This document shows positions 17,952 through 24,910 of a DNA stretch of 32,000 bases, piece after piece. Position 1 is the stretch's first letter, and each line of letters opens with the position of its first letter. This DNA comes from Xanthomonas campestris pv. campestris str. ATCC 33913 (GTDB lineage Bacteria; Pseudomonadota; Gammaproteobacteria; Xanthomonadales; Xanthomonadaceae), in contig NC_003902.1 of NCBI RefSeq assembly GCF_000007145.1, positions 280,325 through 312,324 on the forward strand, written 5' to 3'. The position numbers were made by a program, and so were the translations under genes. Under the pieces are notes generated by a model. The model saw only the letters and a list, made by a program, of their open reading frames with translations. It had not been told where the DNA came from and did not search any database.

Positions 17952-19247
17952 ATGAGCACACCGCTGCAGACCGCCGAACAGATTCAGCATGACTGGGCCA
18001 CCCACCCGCGCTGGGCCGGCATCACCCGCAATTACACCGCCGCCGATGTGGTGCGCCTGCGCGGCACCGTGCACGTCGAGCATTCGCTGGCACGGCTGGG
18101 CGCGGACAAACTCTGGACATCGCTGCATGCCACGCCCTTCGTCAACGCCTTGGGCGCGCTCACCGGCAACCAGGCGATGCAGCAGGTCAAGGCCGGCTTG
18201 AAGGCGATCTATCTCTCCGGTTGGCAGGTGGCGGCCGACGCCAATCTGGCCGGGCAGATGTATCCGGACCAATCGCTGTACCCGGCCGATTCGGTGCCGG
18301 CGGTGGTCAAGCGCATCAACAATACCTTGCTGCGCGCCGATCAGTTGCACCATGCCGAAGGCGATGATGCGATCGACTTCCTGCAGCCGATCGTGGCCGA
18401 TGCCGAAGCCGGTTTCGGTGGCGTGCTCAATGCCTTCGAACTGATGAAGGCGATGATCGAAGCTGGCGCAGCCGGCGTGCATTTCGAGGACCAGCTGGCC
18501 TCGGTGAAAAAATGCGGACACATGGGTGGCAAGGTGTTGGTGCCGACCCGCGAAGCGATCGAGAAATTGAATGCCGCGCGGCTGGCCGCCGATGTGCTGG
18601 GCGTGCCCACCGTCTTGATCGCACGCACCGACGCCGAAGCCGCCGACCTGATCACCAGCGACGTGGACGACAACGACCGCGGTTTCACCACCGGCGAGCG
18701 CACTGTGGAAGGCTTTTTCAAGACCCGCAACGGCCTGGACCAGGCCATCAGTCGCGGCCTGGCCTATGCGCCGTACGCGGATGTGATCTGGTGCGAAACC
18801 GGCAAGCCGGACCTGGAGTTTGCCCGCGCCTTTGCGCAGGCCATCCATGCCAAGTTCCCCGGCAAGCTGCTGGCCTATAACTGCTCGCCCAGCTTCAACT
18901 GGAAGAAGAATCTGGACGACGCCACCATCGCCAGGTTCCAGACCGAACTGGCCAGCTATGGCTACAAGTTCCAGTTCATCACCCTGGCCGGCTTCCACGC
19001 GCTGAATTACGGTATGTTCCACCTCGCCCACGGCTATGCGCGCAGCCAGATGAGTGCCTTTGTCGAGCTGCAGCAAGCCGAGTTCGCGGCCGCAGAGCGT
19101 GGCTTTACTGCGGTCAAGCACCAGCGCGAAGTGGGCACCGGCTACTTCGATGCAGTGACGCAGGCGATTCAGCAGGGGCAGTCCTCGACCACCGCATTGC
19201 GTGGCTCCACCGAAGAAGCACAGTTTCACGGCGAGAAGGCGGCTTAG
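17952..19247 (+). CDS. aceA: Isocitrate lyase
   Basis: 431 aa counted from the ATG at 17952, which is preceded by GAGGAG. It has the ICL signature KKCGHMGGK and conserved N-terminal and C-terminal blocks. The 58 upstream codons of the ORF are Arg/Pro/His-rich and non-coding in appearance. Confidence 0.95.
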   Translation: MSTPLQTAEQIQHDWATHPRWAGITRNYTAADVVRLRGTVHVEHSLARLGADKLWTSLHATPFVNALGALTGNQAMQQVKAGLKAIYLSGWQVAADANLAGQMYPDQSLYPADSVPAVVKRINNTLLRADQLHHAEGDDAIDFLQPIVADAEAGFGGVLNAFELMKAMIEAGAAGVHFEDQLASVKKCGHMGGKVLVPTREAIEKLNAARLAADVLGVPTVLIARTDAEAADLITSDVDDNDRGFTTGERTVEGFFKTRNGLDQAISRGLAYAPYADVIWCETGKPDLEFARAFAQAIHAKFPGKLLAYNCSPSFNWKKNLDDATIARFQTELASYGYKFQFITLAGFHALNYGMFHLAHGYARSQMSAFVELQQAEFAAAERGFTAVKHQREVGTGYFDAVTQAIQQGQSSTTALRGSTEEAQFHGEKAA

Positions 19248-19288
19248 CCTGCAGCGGGCCGCCAGCGTGCCGACCCCGGGAGGGGGAA

Positions 19289-19315
19289 GGGTCCGGGAAA
19301 CCGGACCCTTTTTTT
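19289..19315 (+). terminator. Rho-independent terminator of aceBA
   Basis: The stem is GGGTCCGG / CCGGACCC with a GAAA loop, followed by TTTTTTT. It begins 42 nt after the aceA stop. Confidence 0.85.
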
Positions 19316-19437
19316 GCGCTGAAAACCCGTCATTTCGTCTCTTTGTCTGTGAGAACAAGTGTGATCTGGTGCTGAACAAAGCCCTCATGTACGATTCGAC
19401 GACGGGCCGGCGCTGCAGGTCGGCCTAAGGGATCTGG

Positions 19438-20481
19438 ATGACCTGCCATACCTCCAACGGCGCCGTCGAACCGACTGGAAGCGTTGCCAAAACACTCTCC
19501 GATGGGCTGCATGCCTTGATGACCGCCGAAGAACTCGCGTTTTTCGCGCGTTTCGGCCGTATGCGCGAGATCGCCGCAGGCCAGGCCTTGTTCGAACGCG
19601 GCGCGGTGGGCACGCAGATGTTCATCGTGGTCACCGGCCAGATCGACCTGGATTTCGGCGAAGACCTGATGCTCAAGCATCTGGGCCCGGGCGAGTTCTT
19701 TGGCGAGCTCGGCCTGCTGATCGGCGACCACGCCCGCAGTGCCGGCGCCAGCGCTTCGGTCGACAGCCGCCTGATCGAACTGGCACACGACGATTTCCAG
19801 CGCCTGGTCGATCACGACCCGTCGATGGTGGCGCATTTCCTGCGCCGCTCCATCGTGCGCGTGGTCAATAACGAGCAATTGCTGATCCGCCAGCTGCGCC
19901 GCCGCAACCACGACCTGGAAGCGGCGCTGGACAATCTCTACGTCACCTCGCATCAGCTCAACCACACCGAAGAACTCAGCCGCACCGACGAGCTCACCGG
20001 CCTGCACAACCGCCGCGGCCTTGCGCTGCATTTGCAGGAATGTCGCCGCGGTGGCGGCGCGCCGGGCGTGGGCCTGATCCTGATCGACTGCGACCGCTTC
20101 AAGCACATCAACGACGAGTACGGCCACCTGGCCGGCGACCGCGTGCTGCAGAACGTTGCCCACGCGCTGCGCTCGGTGATCGCCGAAGGCGACCTGGTCT
20201 GCCGCCTCGGCGGCGACGAATTCTGCGTGCTGGTGGCGCAAGGTTCGATCGAGCTGGTGCAGCACATGGGCGAATGCATCGTCAACGCAGTGCAGGCGCG
20301 CCAGGCCAGCAGCCCGGATGGCTGCCACAGTTGCTCGGTGAGCGTGGGCGTCTGCAGCATCGACGCCAGCACCTCCTATAACGACTGGTATACGCGCGCG
20401 GACACTGCGCTGTACCAGGCCAAGCGCCAGGGCGGCAACAGCCTGTGCGTCTATGAAGCATTGCCGTTGGACAACAGCTAA
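19438..20481 (+). CDS. Cyclic-nucleotide-binding (cNMP) domain plus GGDEF diguanylate cyclase
   Basis: 347 aa. It has a CAP/cNMP phosphate-binding cassette (FGELGLLIGDHARSAGASA), a coiled linker, and a GGDEF domain with an intact active site (DELTGLHNRR, RLGGDEFCVLV). The architecture and neighbourhood match the cGMP-responsive GGDEF protein described in X. campestris (XC_0249, locus tag from memory). Confidence 0.9.
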   Translation: MTCHTSNGAVEPTGSVAKTLSDGLHALMTAEELAFFARFGRMREIAAGQALFERGAVGTQMFIVVTGQIDLDFGEDLMLKHLGPGEFFGELGLLIGDHARSAGASASVDSRLIELAHDDFQRLVDHDPSMVAHFLRRSIVRVVNNEQLLIRQLRRRNHDLEAALDNLYVTSHQLNHTEELSRTDELTGLHNRRGLALHLQECRRGGGAPGVGLILIDCDRFKHINDEYGHLAGDRVLQNVAHALRSVIAEGDLVCRLGGDEFCVLVAQGSIELVQHMGECIVNAVQARQASSPDGCHSCSVSVGVCSIDASTSYNDWYTRADTALYQAKRQGGNSLCVYEALPLDNS

Positions 20482-20484
20482 ACG

Positions 20485-23145
20485 ATGACCATCCGCAGCC
20501 ACGCACGCAAGGAGGCGTCGTCGGAAGCGATCCAGGCACCGCGTCTACGCACCCTGTTGTTGACCGACCTGTGCGATTCCACCGCGCTGGTCGAACGCAT
20601 TGGCGACAACGCCGCCGCCGCACTGTTCCGCGAGCACGACCATCTGGTGGTCAAGCTGCAGCAGCATTGGCGCGGGCGATTGATCGACCGCTCCGACGGC
20701 TTGCTGCTGTTGTTCGATCGCCCGATCGACGGCCTGGGCTTTGCGCTGGACTACGCGCGCGGCCTCAAGCTGCTGGGCGAGACGCGCGACCTGGTCGTGC
20801 GTGCGCGCCAGGGCCTGCATGTGGGCGAAGTGCTCACCTGGCGCAACAGCGATGAAGCGGTGAGCATCGGCGCCAAACCGCTGGAAGTGGAAGGCCTGGC
20901 CAAGCCCACCGCGGCCCGCCTGATGTCGATGGCCCGGCCCGGGCAAATCCTGCTCTCGGCGGTGGCCGAATCACTCACCCACCGCGCCGCCCGCGAACTC
21001 GGCACACCCAGCGAGCGCCTGCTGTGGAAATCCCACGGTCGCTGGCGCTTCAAAGGCATGCCCACGCCGATGGAGATCTACGAAGTCGGCGAAGTCGGCC
21101 TCACGCCGCTGCGCGCGCCAAAGAGTTCTGCCAAGGCATGGCGGGATATTCCGTTGTGGCGGCGGCCGGCGGCGTTGCTTGCCGAGGCGCTATTGGTGAC
21201 CACGGTGTGTGTTGCGATCTGGTTCTTCACCCGCGCCGAGCCCGCAATTGCGTTCGCCGAACGTGACTGGGTGGTGGTGGGGGATCTGCGGAACCTGACT
21301 GGCAACACGGTGCTTGACAACTCATTGGAGCAGGCACTGCGGATCAGTCTGGAGCAGTCGCGCTACGTCAATGTGCTGAGCGACATGAAAATGCGTGACA
21401 CGGTGACGCGCATGAAGCGCGACCCGGACCGTGTGGTTGTCGATCGCGCCATCGCCTCGGAGATTGCGATACGTGATGGCGCCAGCGCCGTCATCCTGCC
21501 CACCGTTGCCGAGATCGGCGGCAAGCTGCGCCTGAGCGTGGAGCTGGTGGACCCGCGCACGCAGACCACGGTGTACTCGGAATTCGTGCAGGGAAATGGG
21601 CTGCCGTCTGCGCTCTCTTCGGTTGATCAGCTCACGCGAAAATTGCGTCAGGGCCTGGGCGAAGTAGTAGCCTCGATCGACAAGACCTCCGTCCCGCTAC
21701 CGGCGGTTACCACGGCAAGTCTTGATGCGCTGCGCGCCTATGCACTGGGTGTGGATGCCACGGTCAAAGGTCAATGGCGCGAAGGTCTGGAGCTGTTCAA
21801 TCGCGCCGTCGCCATCGATCCGGAATTTGCATTGGCGTATCTCGGCGCCGCCCGGATCAAGGTGGCGATATCAGACCGCACGGGAGCGCTTCCCTACCTC
21901 GACAAGGCCATTCGCTTTCGACAGCGCCTGCCGCAACGTGATCAGCTGTATCTGGACGCCTGGGCGGCAGAGTTACGTGCGCCGGACAAGGCGCTGTCGT
22001 TGTGGAGAACCCTGGCATCACTGTATCCGGACAACTTCGCCGGGACTGCAAATGCATCGTGGCATCTCTTCGAGGCCAACCGTTTTGCCGAAGCGCTGCC
22101 GTACGCGCAGGCTGCCGATGTACCGCAGGATCCGTTGCGTTCGATTGCCGCCGACCGCGTAGGCCGAATTTTGCTGGCCCAGGGAAAGCCGGAGGCGGCG
22201 CTGCAACGTTTTGCCACCTCCGGTGACGCCGATCGCGCTGGTCCGCTGCGGCGGCAAGCCAACGCGTTGGCGGTGCTGGAACGCTACCCAGACGCGCAGC
22301 GCGTGCTCGACCAGATCGTGGGCAATGGCTACAGCAATGATGATGTGGTCCCGTTGATCGACCGCACCAGCGTGGCGATCGATCAGGCGGATTGGGACGC
22401 GGCACGCAAGGCGATCGCGCGCGGCTTGCAGCACAGTCAACAACACGATGACTTCAACCATCGCCAGTTCTCGGTCATCGCAGCGACCACCGAGGCGTTG
22501 ACCACGCCTTCCAGCGCAACAGCGACGCTGTTGAGGCCAACACTCGATCGCCTGGCCACTGCGGTCGTCAACGAGGATTGGGCAGCGGCCAACCTGCAGG
22601 ACAGTGCAGCCATGGTGCTGATCGTTGCCAGTCAGGCGCAGCGCCATGGCGACGATGGCCTGACCGCGCGTGCGCTTGCAACGATCGAACCGGCACTCGC
22701 ACACGAGACACCGATGCTTGCCGAGCTGCGTACCATCGTCGAAGCGCAGCACCTCGCGCTTGCGGGCGACACCAACGGGGCAATCGCACAGTTGCGGCCG
22801 CGCGAGGACGATCTGTTTCAGTCCCGTGTTGCGCTCTACAAGCTTTTGAGCGATGCGGGGCGGCATGCCGAGGCGTTGGCTCAGGCGCGTTGGCTCACGC
22901 AACAGCGCGGGCGCGCTTACATCGAAGCCAACGCATCGCAGACATTGCAGCCGCTCAACGTTGCGGATGCGCGTCTTGCCCAGTTGTGGGTTGCCGAGTC
23001 GTTGTACGCGCTTGGCCGCAACCAGGCGGCGCGCGAGCAGGCGCTGGCGTTTGTTCGCGCCTGGCCCGTCACGCGTCTGCCTGCTTACCTGCGCAGCAGG
23101 GTGGAGCGGATACTTTCCGATTCGAAGGCAAAGATGACCGTGTGA
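20485..23145 (+). CDS. Membrane-anchored class III nucleotidyl (guanylate/adenylate) cyclase with a large periplasmic/TPR-like C-terminal region
   Basis: 886 aa starting 3 nt after the GGDEF gene stop. The N-terminal cyclase homology domain has LLLTDLCDSTALVERIGD, GDGLLLLF-like DGLLLLFD, and GLHVGEV. One TM helix follows (AALLAEALLVTTVCVAIWFF), then about 630 aa that include TPR-like helical repeats. It corresponds by synteny to the guanylate cyclase XC_0250 of X. campestris (from memory). Confidence 0.88.
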   Translation: MTIRSHARKEASSEAIQAPRLRTLLLTDLCDSTALVERIGDNAAAALFREHDHLVVKLQQHWRGRLIDRSDGLLLLFDRPIDGLGFALDYARGLKLLGETRDLVVRARQGLHVGEVLTWRNSDEAVSIGAKPLEVEGLAKPTAARLMSMARPGQILLSAVAESLTHRAARELGTPSERLLWKSHGRWRFKGMPTPMEIYEVGEVGLTPLRAPKSSAKAWRDIPLWRRPAALLAEALLVTTVCVAIWFFTRAEPAIAFAERDWVVVGDLRNLTGNTVLDNSLEQALRISLEQSRYVNVLSDMKMRDTVTRMKRDPDRVVVDRAIASEIAIRDGASAVILPTVAEIGGKLRLSVELVDPRTQTTVYSEFVQGNGLPSALSSVDQLTRKLRQGLGEVVASIDKTSVPLPAVTTASLDALRAYALGVDATVKGQWREGLELFNRAVAIDPEFALAYLGAARIKVAISDRTGALPYLDKAIRFRQRLPQRDQLYLDAWAAELRAPDKALSLWRTLASLYPDNFAGTANASWHLFEANRFAEALPYAQAADVPQDPLRSIAADRVGRILLAQGKPEAALQRFATSGDADRAGPLRRQANALAVLERYPDAQRVLDQIVGNGYSNDDVVPLIDRTSVAIDQADWDAARKAIARGLQHSQQHDDFNHRQFSVIAATTEALTTPSSATATLLRPTLDRLATAVVNEDWAAANLQDSAAMVLIVASQAQRHGDDGLTARALATIEPALAHETPMLAELRTIVEAQHLALAGDTNGAIAQLRPREDDLFQSRVALYKLLSDAGRHAEALAQARWLTQQRGRAYIEANASQTLQPLNVADARLAQLWVAESLYALGRNQAAREQALAFVRAWPVTRLPAYLRSRVERILSDSKAKMTV

Positions 23146-23423
23146 TTGGTCTTTTCGGTCAGGTAGCTTTGCAGTTCCGCACGCGCCTGGGCGATGTCTT
23201 CCTTCGATGCAAGCTGTTGAGTGGTCATGCAGAAATAGGGCTCGCCTGCGACCGGTGCGCTGTCGTTCGCGCTCGCGCCACACGCGCCGATCTTGGCCAG
23301 TGCTTGTGCCGGATTGCAGCGAAAGCAGTCACGGAAGGTGTCGTCACTGGAAAGCAGTTCAAGCAGCTTGTCAGCGGTGGTTGCGTCTAACGGGGCATGG
23401 ACGTTGTTGGCTGGGTCGGTCAT
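23085..23423 (-). CDS. Small Nif11/NHLP-like protein, candidate RiPP precursor peptide
   Basis: 112 aa counted from the internal ATG at 23423. The N-terminal helical segment TTADKLLELLSSDDTFRDCFRCNPAQALAKIG resembles Nif11/nitrile-hydratase-type leader peptides. It has four Cys (33, 36, 48, 65), including a CxxC pair. It is divergent from, and 86 bp away from, a SagB-type dehydrogenase. The last 61 nt overlap the convergent cyclase gene. Hand-counted GC is 57 of 100 nt at 23151-23250. Confidence 0.65.
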   Translation of the reverse strand: MTDPANNVHAPLDATTADKLLELLSSDDTFRDCFRCNPAQALAKIGACGASANDSAPVAGEPYFCMTTQQLASKEDIAQARAELQSYLTEKTNHTVIFAFESESIRSTLLRR

Positions 23424-23509
23424 CGGTCTGTTCTGAAGGGTGAGGGTGGGTGCAACGCCAGTGAGCTGACACAATATCGACCGTGCTCATGCGTCCTTGA
23501 GAGATCCCC

Positions 23510-24706
23510 ATGCAACTACGTCGCTGTGCCACGCTATTTTTTGAACTTCGCGACGCTGCGGTGTTTGATCTCTCGCAGCTGCTCGCAGGAGGCGATGGTC
23601 TGCGTCGGCGCATCCGTTGCTTTGCGTTGGCGCCGCATCTGGATGCAGAGGTCGAAATCGCCGCAGCCGATCGCGAGTGGCTGAGTACATTGAGCAGCGT
23701 GCGCTGGTGCGCTGTGGATCAGCTGCCATCCTTGCCCGAGTCGCTTGATCAGTTGATCAAGCAAGGCCTGGTGATCAGTGATCAGCCAGAGCACGCACAG
23801 CACCGCAGCAACGACGAACAGGTCCAGCAGCAGCGCTGGTGGCCTCTGGCCGCGCTGTGGCATCGCTTTGCACGCTGGCGAGGCGAAGACAGCGTGGCAA
23901 CGATGGAAGCACAGGGCATGACAACGGCCGAAGGCATGGTGGAGCGTCTCGGCGCACCTCCGCCAGAGGTGGTGGACCGTGGCGACGCTGGCCAGCGAAT
24001 CCCGTTGCCGCGTGCCACGCCAGGGCCTTTTGATGCGCTGTTGGCCCGCCGCGTGACCTGCCGCAATTTCGACCCGCAACGTTTGCTCTCTGCCGAATTG
24101 TTGGGGCAGATGTTGGAGCGCAGCGTCATGGCGCGTGCGCGCGTCGAGGTGGGGCATGACACGGCGTTTCTAAAGAAGCCGGTTCCCTCCGGGGGGAGTC
24201 TGCATCCCACGGAAACCTATCTGCTGGTGCAGCGTGTGCAGGGAGTGGACAGTGGGCTGTACCACTATCGCCCGCTGGAGCACGCGCTTCAACGGTTGCC
24301 ATCGCCTGCGCAGCCGCTTGCTGCTGTTGCGCGCAATGCCCTGTCAGGGCAGCACTGGTTTGCCGATGCGCCGGTGCTGATGATCCTGGCGCCACGCTTC
24401 TTGCGTAGCTTCTGGAAGTATCGCAATCACGCCAAGGCCTATCGCGCGATGATCCTGGACGTAGGGCATATCGCACAGACCGTCTATCTCAGTGCGACCG
24501 ATCTGGGTTTGGGCGCGTTTGTCACCTCTGCCATCAATGAGGTCGACATCGAACAAGTGCTCGGACTCGACGGGCTGCAGGACGGGCCATTGGCCATCTG
24601 CGGATTTGGCTGGCGTGCCGAGCAGATGCGCAACACGGAGCTGGACCCTGGCGGTGCGATCTGGTCCCAAGCAGGTAATCCAGCGCAGGCTGGTAACCAC
24701 GTGTAA
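23510..24706 (+). CDS. SagB-type (nitroreductase-fold, FMN-dependent) dehydrogenase, putative peptide-maturation enzyme
   Basis: 398 aa. The C-terminal 200 aa or so carry SagB/ThcOx-type motifs: ARRVTCRNF, KKPVPSGGSLHPTETYLLV, LYHYRP, ILDVGHIAQTVYLSATDLGLGA and ICGFG. I do not recognise a domain in the N-terminal 165 aa or so. Confidence 0.85.
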   Translation: MQLRRCATLFFELRDAAVFDLSQLLAGGDGLRRRIRCFALAPHLDAEVEIAAADREWLSTLSSVRWCAVDQLPSLPESLDQLIKQGLVISDQPEHAQHRSNDEQVQQQRWWPLAALWHRFARWRGEDSVATMEAQGMTTAEGMVERLGAPPPEVVDRGDAGQRIPLPRATPGPFDALLARRVTCRNFDPQRLLSAELLGQMLERSVMARARVEVGHDTAFLKKPVPSGGSLHPTETYLLVQRVQGVDSGLYHYRPLEHALQRLPSPAQPLAAVARNALSGQHWFADAPVLMILAPRFLRSFWKYRNHAKAYRAMILDVGHIAQTVYLSATDLGLGAFVTSAINEVDIEQVLGLDGLQDGPLAICGFGWRAEQMRNTELDPGGAIWSQAGNPAQAGNHV

Positions 24707-24864
24707 GGCCAATTTCAAGCTGTCCGCGCCAACGATCCGAGAGGCGAGAGCGAGGCGCGCCACACGCAGCGCGTGCGCCAGACATCGGTTCCAGAATAGA
24801 TAAAACACTGGCTGGCCCCAACGATACGGCCTGAATTTTCGCGCTGCAGAAATAACCACGTAGA

Positions 24865-24900
24865 GCGGTTCGTCGCCAGCGTCCACTGGCGACGAACCGC
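24865..24900 (-). terminator. Strong hairpin downstream of the S9 peptidase gene (candidate terminator)
   Basis: A 14-bp perfect stem (GCGGTTCGTCGCCA / TGGCGACGAACCGC) encloses an 8-nt loop and lies 11 nt beyond the peptidase stop (24911). Only a weak U-tract (TTATTT) follows on the minus strand. Confidence 0.6.
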
Positions 24901-24910
24901 ATCGCCAGGC

